The notes under the pieces: generated by a model
What the model saw: the letters and a program-made list of their open reading frames with translations, nothing else
Database searches by the model: none
What the model was told of the DNA's origin: nothing
NCBI GenBank assembly: GCA_964589775.1
Contig: CAZPUN010000026.1
Coordinates: 1-32,000, forward strand
Direction of reading: 5' to 3'
Length of the DNA stretch: 32,000 nt
DNA from: an uncultured archaeon
GTDB taxonomy: Archaea; Asgardarchaeota; Thorarchaeia; Thorarchaeales; CAZPUN01
Shown: piece by piece, positions 1 through 8,744 of the stretch
How the letters are laid out: the number at the start of each line of letters is the position of its first letter
Position numbering within the stretch: the first letter of the stretch is position 1
Made by a program: the position numbers and the translations under genes

Positions 1-77
1 AACAAATAGAAATTATTTGACCTCAATATAATAATCTATTAATTGATGTTCAAATATCGCTTTTCTCAATAATGAAT

Positions 78-728
78 CTATTCGGTTTTCCGTAATTTAA
101 AGAATATATGAATAAGATATTTTGGTATCTCAGAAAAATAACATTGACTTATAGAAGTTATTAGTTCAATATAGGGAGTAAACTCTCCTTCAGATTCAAA
201 TTTTACGTCGTTTAAAGAATGTGAAAATTTTAAAAACATATAAAATGGGCAGAATAGATTTGAGCAATTGTTTTGGATATTATTTCGACTTACAATATAT
301 ACTACAAAATCCGAAACTTCTTTCTTTTTTATCTGTATGTTTTGAATTTCTGATTTGAGTTTAGCTAACCATTTTATAAAATTAATATTCGATCCGTTTA
401 ATATAAAAATCATTGAATCAAAAGCTAAGTCATCTCTTGAATTTTTATCAAATAACTTCAGTAAGGTCCGCTTTATTTTTTCTATTAAGTTATTATTATC
501 TATCGGGCTGTCTATTGAAACTACCCTTAATAATTTTTTACTTACATGTTCATTACTTTGGGCATCCGAAAAACATGGTATGTATGAGATCTCTGTGACA
601 TCCCTAAAATTATCAGGTAGATTAATCGATTTATTAAAAAATTTTTTGAAAAATTTTAAAATATTCCCGGGCATGTCACTACCACAAACTAACGCATAAA
701 TAATATCATCGTCTATATTATTATTCAT
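78..728 (-). CDS. Hypothetical protein with possible N-terminal ACT-like domain
   Basis: ATG at 728 overlaps the upstream stop (ATGAATAA) and follows a purine-rich SD (AAGGGGA). IYALVCGSDMPGNILKFF resembles the ACT beta1-G-x-D-x-P-G-alpha1 motif. Confidence 0.5.
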   Translation of the reverse strand: MNNNIDDDIIYALVCGSDMPGNILKFFKKFFNKSINLPDNFRDVTEISYIPCFSDAQSNEHVSKKLLRVVSIDSPIDNNNLIEKIKRTLLKLFDKNSRDDLAFDSMIFILNGSNINFIKWLAKLKSEIQNIQIKKKEVSDFVVYIVSRNNIQNNCSNLFCPFYMFLKFSHSLNDVKFESEGEFTPYIELITSISQCYFSEIPKYLIHIFFKLRKTE

Positions 729-3700
729 TTGATGCGTCCCCCTTTTGATTACTCGCAGCTTTATAATAAGCATCAAAGAAATTGTTATCATCACAATTAA
801 AGTAAATATTCGAATTGAATAGCGTCAAGAATTCAATGTATGATGGTTGTATTGGTTCCATCTGTTGTATGAAATTGTTATCATGGTTTAATGAAAAATA
901 TAATGAGAGAGGACAATGCCTTCTACAATATGCATTTTGTTGAATTTGAAAGTCAGTCTGCCGTTGTTCTTCTTGTTGAATTTGAATATGGACGTTTATG
1001 CTTCTATTGTATGTACGTCCATGGTGCAAAATTGATGATATTTTTCGACCAGTTATGTTTGATGGAAATATTACAAAACCCGTAGAAATATACTTTTTCT
1101 TGAGTGCTTCATTCATGAATTTATATGCAAATTCACCTTCATCCTTACTCCTAGCAGATATTAAAACTGAAGGTTTTAGCATAGGTCTATTTGATAGTAT
1201 ATGAAATACTTTTACCATATATGTCATGTTTATATTAGGATCTAGATCATTTATCCAAATTAGTCTAGTACTGTTTTCAATCTCATGATATAACCATGGA
1301 TAGTCAACTTCCTTATCAACTACAGGAAATATAAATCCAATAATGCGATTATTTACTTTTATAAAATCATTTTTGAAATTAATTAACCTAATTACATAAA
1401 AATTGTCAAAATTCTTGATGATATTTACATTTTCTTGAAAAGATTCGCCTAATAACTGTTTTAAATCGTTCTTTGAATATAATCGTTCTGAAGAATCTTT
1501 AGTAACTACAATTATCCTAGGTACAACAAAATACGATTCTTGATCTTTTTGTCCATTTTGATTATTTATAAATATTATTTCATTTTCTTCAGGATCAATA
1601 TTACCAAAAGTTAACAAAGTTTCTATCATATATGTAATTTCTTTCATGTATCCTCCAAGTATAATTATCTTATCATTTAATCTATAATTTTTCAATAGTA
1701 ATTTTATATAATATGCATCTAGTACAGCAATTTCCTTCGTAGCGTAAAGTGGGAGATATGTTATTGGAATAGGACTTGAATTTTGATCGTTTCTAAATCT
1801 ATTATTGCTAAATACATACAAAAAGGTTGGTCCAGAAGTTACATTTAACACTTCAAAAATTTTCTTATCCTTGGTATCTTGAAGAATTTCTTCGGTATAA
1901 CTAACGACTCGTTGGCTCACTTTAGACATTCGGCTTGTTTGTGCTACAAGTTTTGCTGTTTTTATAAGCTCTAAATTAACTTCTTTGTTCTTAATTCCCT
2001 CTATAATCGCAGGAATAAGAAATTTGACTCGCTCCTGTTCATTTTTTCTTCTTATTTCGATATCAATGTGCATAATGCCATAATTTCCAAAAAATGGGTC
2101 GGTACCTATCCATGATACAAGAGACATATCAGGTTCAGCAACAACAATGCCGCTAACAAAATATATTCGCGGTTCGATTACATCAAATTTTCGTCTAACT
2201 CGGGTAAATAATATACCACTTGACTGGTCTTTTATGTCTGATGCTCCAATAATAAAAGCTTCCATTTGATTTTGTACATAAATAATACGTTCAATAAAAG
2301 ATTGTGCAACACTCCTACCCACGCTTCCAGCTCCCAATATAAGTAAAACCTTTTTGCGATACATTTCAAATATAATTTTATTGCGGATGTATTTGTCTAT
2401 TTCATCAGGATTATTAAATACTTGAAATACAAATTCGTAAATTGGTGTGCCTATGGCGATGTCAAGTACCATGTTAATAATAAGATACAAAATGATCGGG
2501 AATAAATGCATATAGATCAAATAATTCATAGTAATTAGCTTTACAATTCCGATGAAGAATATGAGTTTTATTCGGCCTATTCGATTTATCGTAGCGTATT
2601 TGTAAATGTAGTCGACTGTTTTTCCATTTGTAATGGTGTATGATAATATTATGAAAACCCAAATAAATATGGTAATAATACTTACAGAAACCATAATACT
2701 AATATAAAAAGCATTTGACACATTCGTGTATCGACCATTTAAATAAACCAAATAAAGTATTGCATAAATGACAGATACGGAAGATATCGAAGTTAATATA
2801 GGAAATCTCATTCTAGTAATAAATTTTGAAAGATTTATCTCGTTTTGTTCTTCTGCTGGACCAAATAATCCATTATGGGAATATGAAATAATTGCTAATA
2901 CATATGAAAAGATTACTATAAAGTATAATATCATAAATTTATCATATTCAAAAGCTTGTACCATTGCCTCATATGAAAATGGAAAGTTAAAAAGCTGTAA
3001 TAATCTACTAGGAACTACATAGATAATAAATAATGAAAAAATAATTGTTTTTACCATTACAAATGTTTTTGTTTTATAATAATGATAGGCAGTACCTATA
3101 AATAGAATGATAAATAAAAATAAGTAAATGATAAATATACTATTTCTAATAAAAGTTGGAAGGAAATAATAATTTATAATATAATTCTCATAATCTAATA
3201 TAACGATTCGTATTGGGTTCATCCATAAATTCGAGTTTGGTCCTGGAATAATTAATATTAGCGTAGTAAATAAAAATAACCGCTTTAATAAACCATATAA
3301 AAATCCGATCTGTTCGCCTTTTTCTTCCATATGTTTTGATATTTTGTAAATAGAATACAATATTAAAGAAGATACATTGAAATAAAATAAGAATAGTGCA
3401 AACCCATCAAAAACGCCATTTGAAAGATATGAACTGAATAAATACATAAATAATAAATATACAAATGTATTTCTAATAATGAAAGATCTTTTCGTATTTT
3501 TCAAAATATAATCAATAATTGAGAAAAAAATTAATACCCCAATTAGAACATTTAGATTATAGAATAAAAAATCAATCTTAAAATTTTTTAAAAGCCATAT
3601 TAGAACATTATCTTGATATATCTTAAATGCATATGAAAATTCTATGATGATTAAAAAGGCGAAAATTGTCCAATATAGCATTAGATATTTTTTCCAATTT

Positions 3701-3801
3701 TTCAGAAAAGAAACTATTTGACTAATTTTCTTAGCCACGTATGTGTAGTAAAGTATTTTTCCTTTTTCAAATTTTGAGAACATAAAATTCAAATAAATCA
3801 A
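721..3801 (-). CDS. Large polytopic membrane protein (~12 TM) with C-terminal Rossmann/RCK (TrkA_N)-like domains
   Basis: 1026-aa ORF with hydrophobic helices over aa ~40-460, then KVLLILGAGSVGRSVA (GxGxxG) and a second Rossmann-like strand DKIIILGGY. Start codon uncertain (ATG at 3783 or later). Confidence 0.6.
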   Translation of the reverse strand: MIYLNFMFSKFEKGKILYYTYVAKKISQIVSFLKNWKKYLMLYWTIFAFLIIIEFSYAFKIYQDNVLIWLLKNFKIDFLFYNLNVLIGVLIFFSIIDYILKNTKRSFIIRNTFVYLLFMYLFSSYLSNGVFDGFALFLFYFNVSSLILYSIYKISKHMEEKGEQIGFLYGLLKRLFLFTTLILIIPGPNSNLWMNPIRIVILDYENYIINYYFLPTFIRNSIFIIYLFLFIILFIGTAYHYYKTKTFVMVKTIIFSLFIIYVVPSRLLQLFNFPFSYEAMVQAFEYDKFMILYFIVIFSYVLAIISYSHNGLFGPAEEQNEINLSKFITRMRFPILTSISSVSVIYAILYLVYLNGRYTNVSNAFYISIMVSVSIITIFIWVFIILSYTITNGKTVDYIYKYATINRIGRIKLIFFIGIVKLITMNYLIYMHLFPIILYLIINMVLDIAIGTPIYEFVFQVFNNPDEIDKYIRNKIIFEMYRKKVLLILGAGSVGRSVAQSFIERIIYVQNQMEAFIIGASDIKDQSSGILFTRVRRKFDVIEPRIYFVSGIVVAEPDMSLVSWIGTDPFFGNYGIMHIDIEIRRKNEQERVKFLIPAIIEGIKNKEVNLELIKTAKLVAQTSRMSKVSQRVVSYTEEILQDTKDKKIFEVLNVTSGPTFLYVFSNNRFRNDQNSSPIPITYLPLYATKEIAVLDAYYIKLLLKNYRLNDKIIILGGYMKEITYMIETLLTFGNIDPEENEIIFINNQNGQKDQESYFVVPRIIVVTKDSSERLYSKNDLKQLLGESFQENVNIIKNFDNFYVIRLINFKNDFIKVNNRIIGFIFPVVDKEVDYPWLYHEIENSTRLIWINDLDPNINMTYMVKVFHILSNRPMLKPSVLISARSKDEGEFAYKFMNEALKKKYISTGFVIFPSNITGRKISSILHHGRTYNRSINVHIQIQQEEQRQTDFQIQQNAYCRRHCPLSLYFSLNHDNNFIQQMEPIQPSYIEFLTLFNSNIYFNCDDNNFFDAYYKAASNQKGDASNE

Positions 3802-3927
3802 ACAAATATAAAAATTTTACTAGAAACGGTCCAAAATTCATTTATAAAAATATCAAATTAAGAATGTTTATAAGGGTCTTTATTAACGATACTTTAGTAT
3901 ATGAATAGTTTTTGTGGGGAATAATCA

Positions 3928-4530
3928 TTGGTTGAAAAGCTAAGGCCCAAAACTAAAATAGAAAATGTTGTTGCTTCGGTCACTCTTGGACAGCGTCTGA
4001 ATCTTGATGAAATCGCCAGTATAATGAATAATGTAGAATTTGATCCAGAGCAATTTCCGGGATTGGTGTATCGACTTGCAAGTCCCAAAACTGCAACATT
4101 GATTTTCAACTCGGGCAAGATGGTTTGTACGGGCGCGAAGAGTGAAAGCGAAGCAAAGGAAGCTGTTCATCAGATCATAAGGAATCTCAAATCTGCAGGA
4201 ATTGAAATAACAAACGAACCTTTAATCGAAGTTCAGAATATCGTAGCGAGTGCCAGTCTTGGAGCAGAGCTTAATTTAGAACTTGCGGCAATGAAGTTAG
4301 AATCATCCCTTTATGAGCCCGAGCAATTTCCCGGACTTATATATCGAATGCGAGATCCCAAAGTTGTTATTCTTTTGTTTGGCAGTGGAAAATTAGTCAT
4401 AACTGGAGCAAAATTCGAAAGACAAATTGAAGAGGCTGCAGTAAAAATTATGAAGCGTCTTCTGGAGTTAAAAGTCATGAGAATCCCTGAAGGCGTAGAA
4501 GTTGATGAAGACCTTTTAAATAAATATTGA
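3928..4530 (+). CDS. tbp: TATA-box-binding protein
   Basis: Two direct repeats (IENVVAS...FDPEQFPGLVYR...LIFNSGKMVCTGAK and VQNIVAS...YEPEQFPGLIYR...LLFGSGKLVITGAK), acidic C-terminal tail, TTG start. Confidence 0.98.
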   Translation: MVEKLRPKTKIENVVASVTLGQRLNLDEIASIMNNVEFDPEQFPGLVYRLASPKTATLIFNSGKMVCTGAKSESEAKEAVHQIIRNLKSAGIEITNEPLIEVQNIVASASLGAELNLELAAMKLESSLYEPEQFPGLIYRMRDPKVVILLFGSGKLVITGAKFERQIEEAAVKIMKRLLELKVMRIPEGVEVDEDLLNKY

Positions 4531-4560
4531 TTTTCTTCTTTTTTTGCTTTATTTTCCATT
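4531..4560 (+). terminator. Oligo-T archaeal terminator of tbp
   Basis: TTTTCTTCTTTTTTTGCTTTATTTT directly after the stop codon. Confidence 0.6.
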
Positions 4561-4578
4561 TCTTTAAAACACCCAAAA

Positions 4579-4733
4579 TGCAACAATAAGATGAGTGTAA
4601 AACCTGTATATGCAATTAGGATAGCAGCTACAATTACCGCTACAGAGAACAAATTGTTGAAAACTAGCCCGCAAGGATCGCGGATTGAAATAAAGAAAGA
4701 AATATCGCCCAACACCTCTTAAAATCTCCTTTC
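4579..4733 (-). repeat. Diverged partial duplicate of the CDF gene (copy of ~5093-5203) with a 48-bp insertion
   Basis: 4591-4653 matches 5109-5171 at 59/63 nt. Weaker similarity continues on both sides, with 4654-4701 inserted. Confidence 0.85.
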
Positions 4734-4759
4734 ATAACCCCTATTATTTATGTTGTAAA

Positions 4760-5713
4760 CTATGAATGCTCATGGGATGCGAAGCAGGCACGTTCTTCAG
4801 TTTCTGCCTGAATTGTAATATGGTCAAATCCTAAGTGGTTTAACCGTTTATCTATTTCTGGAGCGATACATTCGAAACGTTCAAGATTTTTCACGCGTAC
4901 ATGAGCGGTAAGTACATTCAGATGAGAGCACAATCTCCATGCATGCACATCATGTACATCAATAATCTCGTCATAACTTTCCAGGATCTTCCGGATTTGT
5001 TCAATGTCATAGGAACTCTTATTCATAATCATATCGACACTTCGCATAATGACGCGATATGTACTACGAATGAGTATGATTCCAATTAAGATTGCAACGA
5101 TAGGGTCTATAAGTGTAAAACCTGTATATGCAATTATGATAGCAGCTATAATTACCGCTACAGAGGACAAAGTATCCCCCAATACATGTAAATATGCACT
5201 TTCTACATTTAGACTCATACGTCCTTTCGCGTTTTCTTGAGATGATTCATGATGATTAAACTCATTGGAATCAATATGTGAAATATTATGGTCATGATGC
5301 CCATGAGCATGTTCGTGTGATGTGCTGTGTAAAAACTTAGCTGAGACAAGATTCGCAACTAATCCGATTACTGCCACCACAAATACGCCTTCAAATTGGA
5401 TCAGTTGTGGATGCAGAATCCGCTCGAAGGCGTCAATAAAGATCAGAAGGGTCGTGCCACCGAGTAAAATTCCATTCACGAATCCAGTAATAGATTCCAT
5501 GCTATGATATCCATATGTGTACTTATCGTTTGCAGGCTTGGATGCCAGATATACAGTTATGTATGATAGTAGTAAGGATACAACATCAACAAGAACATGA
5601 AAAGAGTCGGCAAGCAGACTAATACTATTATAAATTATACCACCAACTAATTCCATGAAAAATACTGAAAATGTAGCTATGATTGAATAAAGTAGGGCTT
5701 TGCGCTCTTTCAA
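4760..5713 (-). CDS. Cation diffusion facilitator (CzcD/ZitB-like Zn/Co/Cd exporter)
   Basis: SLLADSFHVLVD and AYLHVLGD (HxxxD/HxxxD metal site), YTYGY motif, His-rich loop, C-terminal DVHDVHAW...HITIQ. TTG start. Confidence 0.95.
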   Translation of the reverse strand: MKERKALLYSIIATFSVFFMELVGGIIYNSISLLADSFHVLVDVVSLLLSYITVYLASKPANDKYTYGYHSMESITGFVNGILLGGTTLLIFIDAFERILHPQLIQFEGVFVVAVIGLVANLVSAKFLHSTSHEHAHGHHDHNISHIDSNEFNHHESSQENAKGRMSLNVESAYLHVLGDTLSSVAVIIAAIIIAYTGFTLIDPIVAILIGIILIRSTYRVIMRSVDMIMNKSSYDIEQIRKILESYDEIIDVHDVHAWRLCSHLNVLTAHVRVKNLERFECIAPEIDKRLNHLGFDHITIQAETEERACFASHEHS

Positions 5714-5826
5714 TGTTATTCACGAGAATGATATATACATAAAACATATAATTGTATTATCTAAATGGCAATTCAAACAAAAAAGAGAAAAAGAAAAGGG
5801 GGCAGACATCCCAATTCAAAGGGGAC

Positions 5827-7071
5827 TTATGGCCATAGACCACGCTTAATCAATGCCTGAACAACTCTATCGACGCTAATGACATAGGCAGCTTCTCTAG
5901 GTGTTAAGTCTTTTTGTTGTGCTAAATTCCAAACTGCGTGGAAGGCATCGCGCATTCTCTTGTCGAGTTTGGTTCTAACTTCATGGAGTTCCCAAATCTC
6001 ACGGTGCAAGTTTTGGTTCCATTCTAGATAACTTGCAGTAACTCCACCAGCGTTAGCTAGGATGTCTGGAATAACAATAGTTCCCTTTTCTGTAAGGATT
6101 TCTTCTGCTTTAGGAGTCGTTGGACCATTTGCACCTTCAACAATATATTTTGCCTTAATATCATTGGCGTTCTTCTCAGTAATGGTACCTTCGATTGCCG
6201 CAGGAACTAATAGATCCACATCAAGAGTTAGAAGTTCTTCATTTGTGATTTCTTTTGCTCCGGGGAATTTAATAACAGAACCGGTCTTCTTTACGTGCTC
6301 AATTAAAGCTTCAGGATTGAATCCCTCAGGGTTGTAAATACCACCAAATACATCAGATACAGCTACTACCTTATATCCAAGTTCATGAGCAGTGATTGCA
6401 GCGTATGAGCCTACATTACCAAATCCTTGAATTGCTACAGTGGGAGCTTTCTCACCTTTAAGCTTCATGAGCTCGTGAGCAACAATCATGACCTCACGGC
6501 CAGTCGCTTCAGTTCGACCTTCAAGTCCTCCAACTTCGAGGGGCTTTCCTGTGACAACTTCAGGAATCGCATAACCACGATACATAGAATAGGTGTCCAT
6601 GATCCATGCCATGGTCTGTGGATTTGTATATACATCAGGAGCAGGTACATCCTTGTAAGGTCCAATCTGGTCTAGAATCGCAACTGTGAAACGACGAGTA
6701 AGCCGCTCAAGTTCTCGCTGGGACATCTTTGGTGGATCTACGATTACACCACCTTTCGCTCCACCATATGGAATATTGACAGCTGCGCACTTCCATGTCA
6801 TCCACATGGCAAGTGCTTTTACTTCATTTAATGTGACATTGGGATGGTATCGAATACCGCCTTTTGTAGGTCCTCTTGCATCATTGTGATGAACACGATA
6901 CCCTGTGAAAACTTCAATATCACCATTATCCATTCGTACAGGGATAGAAACTTCAATTGCCTTTTTTGGCTTCTTCAAAATCTTTAGGAGTCCTGAGTCA
7001 AGATCCATAATCTTCGCAACATGTTCAAGCTGCTGAACAGCCATTTCATATGGGTCGAGAGAGTTAGACAT
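5827..7071 (-). CDS. gdhA: Glutamate dehydrogenase (Glu/Leu/Phe/Val dehydrogenase family)
   Basis: RGPTKGGIRYHP, MTWKCA, GGAKGG, DVPAPDV, VTGKP, QGFGNVG, EGANGP, PDILANAGGV. Confidence 0.97.
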   Translation of the reverse strand: MSNSLDPYEMAVQQLEHVAKIMDLDSGLLKILKKPKKAIEVSIPVRMDNGDIEVFTGYRVHHNDARGPTKGGIRYHPNVTLNEVKALAMWMTWKCAAVNIPYGGAKGGVIVDPPKMSQRELERLTRRFTVAILDQIGPYKDVPAPDVYTNPQTMAWIMDTYSMYRGYAIPEVVTGKPLEVGGLEGRTEATGREVMIVAHELMKLKGEKAPTVAIQGFGNVGSYAAITAHELGYKVVAVSDVFGGIYNPEGFNPEALIEHVKKTGSVIKFPGAKEITNEELLTLDVDLLVPAAIEGTITEKNANDIKAKYIVEGANGPTTPKAEEILTEKGTIVIPDILANAGGVTASYLEWNQNLHREIWELHEVRTKLDKRMRDAFHAVWNLAQQKDLTPREAAYVISVDRVVQALIKRGLWP

Positions 7072-7086
7072 TAGATTTCACCCATA

Positions 7087-7282
7087 TACAATTTGGTACG
7101 TTTTACTAATAAGAATTTCCGAAACGGTACAATTTGGTCTATGTAAAATATGCAGTTATGATAATTTACATTTACGAAAATATACTTTAAATCTATCTAC
7201 AAATTCTTTACATTTGTAAAAAATAAAACACCTCAAAAATTTACAAATCCGAAATGGACAAAACACGCATAAAAGATGTAAA
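7087..7282 (-). promoter_or_regulatory. gdhA upstream region with repeated candidate operator motifs
   Basis: TACAATTTGGT at 7087-7097 and 7128-7138. Six TTTACA/TGTAAA hexamers between 7142 and 7282. Confidence 0.5.
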
Positions 7283-7352
7283 TATATAATAAAAGCAAAA
7301 AGCTAAGTTGGTAATTTTGTTTAAACATTAAAAAAAGTATGGGATATAATTA

Positions 7353-8663
7353 CTATATTATCTCAACAAGATCATATCTTGATTTCTTATTCCTACGTGC
7401 TTTAAAGACAAAGAATGGATTTATGTGGTATGGCTTTTCAATATATGCGATAAGAGAACCTAAAATTACGGAGAGTCGTATGGATAAATCGGAAATTGTC
7501 ATAATATATTGATTTATTTTAGATTCTTGAAATGAGAATAGAAGTAATGTGATATTTGATTTTGTGAACATCTTATTCATTAAGTTTAATATTTCATCAA
7601 TAGACATAAATGTTAAGAATGTATCGATGAAAATAGCAATTAATACTTCTTTTTGATGTATTATTATGTCATCAATTTTTGTTCTTATATCATAAGAAGC
7701 ACCTTGTTTCTCTACAAAATTATAGGGATTTATTATAATAACCGTATCGTTTATTTTATCATCAGTATATTTTTTACGAAGTATTGCTTTTATATGCTCA
7801 GTTCGTTCATTACACGGAAGAAGAACTATTAATTTTTTATTATTATCGATCCATGACAGCAGGAGTGTACCAAATAGGTCACTTGCATACTCAGTATTTA
7901 AATTGTAAGGTAAAATGACATGAAGTGAACTTCCTAATTTTAAGCCGCCACCTAAAATTGAATCTACCTTTTTAATTCCGGTTGGAATTATAGTGACTGG
8001 CTCTTCATATTTTATTAATTCAATTTGCCGAATATCTTGAGGTTCGGGTATTGGAATCGTTCGAAATATGCCATCGACAAGTGTATACACACCGAAAGGT
8101 CGCTCGATTGGGACTCCACGAGATTTTGTGATTTCGTATACTCTGAATCGTCGTTGGTTTATTATTTTGAATCCAAGTTTAATAACTCCAGATACATCCC
8201 GTTCAATATTGAACTCATCTTCTTTTTCACTTATGTATATCCAATTTCCTTTTATTAATTGATGAATTTCTGAAACATGCATATTAGATTTTGTTAAAAC
8301 TCGTTCAAATGCTTGTATACTATCAATTATGAAAATCGCATCGGGGTTTTGCTTACGTAATGTGCGAAGCTGTTCTATCAACGAGATACCATCAGGTGAC
8401 CTTATTGTTTTAAGATCGCTGTCGTTATATAGGCTGCCGCGTGCATCTACGAGATCCTCTTTAGACAGTACTTTCTTGGCTATCGGTATTTGTTCTAGGA
8501 CATCCATAGGATTTCCACGTGTTGAAATATATATTGCCTTTCGTCTAAGTATCTTTGATATAGTCAAACTTAGAATTGTTTTTCCTGAGCCTGGGCGTCC
8601 TTCTATTAAAAGGACTGCATTAGGATTTTTGAAAAATTTCTTAAAGAACTCCAAAATGCCCAC
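7353..8663 (-). CDS. GvpD/KaiC/RAD55-like double-domain RecA-family ATPase, second domain degenerate
   Basis: Walker A GRPGSGKT, Walker B IFIIDS, ITKSRG..I.RP..YTL..G motif. The second domain begins IPTGIKKVDSILGGG but has no Walker A. ATG at 8657 (MGILEFF read from GTG 8663 in the ORF track) is not present, so the start is uncertain. Confidence 0.8.
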   Translation of the reverse strand: MGILEFFKKFFKNPNAVLLIEGRPGSGKTILSLTISKILRRKAIYISTRGNPMDVLEQIPIAKKVLSKEDLVDARGSLYNDSDLKTIRSPDGISLIEQLRTLRKQNPDAIFIIDSIQAFERVLTKSNMHVSEIHQLIKGNWIYISEKEDEFNIERDVSGVIKLGFKIINQRRFRVYEITKSRGVPIERPFGVYTLVDGIFRTIPIPEPQDIRQIELIKYEEPVTIIPTGIKKVDSILGGGLKLGSSLHVILPYNLNTEYASDLFGTLLLSWIDNNKKLIVLLPCNERTEHIKAILRKKYTDDKINDTVIIINPYNFVEKQGASYDIRTKIDDIIIHQKEVLIAIFIDTFLTFMSIDEILNLMNKMFTKSNITLLLFSFQESKINQYIMTISDLSIRLSVILGSLIAYIEKPYHINPFFVFKARRNKKSRYDLVEII

Positions 8664-8744
8664 CTGATTGTATCCGATAATTATGAAAAATAGTAAAAAA
8701 GACGGCTAAAAATTTTTCTCTTTGAAATATACATATTATTATTT

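Noticed and set aside
4656-4691. CRISPR array, or a SECIS element for tbp
   Set aside because: Only one repeat-like unit and no cas genes. SECIS spacing is too short and tbp has no internal UGA.
4311-4715. 134-aa minus-strand ORF containing a CDF-like TM segment
   Set aside because: It is a chimera of the duplicated CDF fragment and the antisense of tbp, so it is unlikely to be a real protein.
4591-5171. DGR template/variable repeat pair
   Set aside because: The four core mismatches are not adenine-specific on either strand, there is no reverse transcriptase in the window, and the target is a TM helix.
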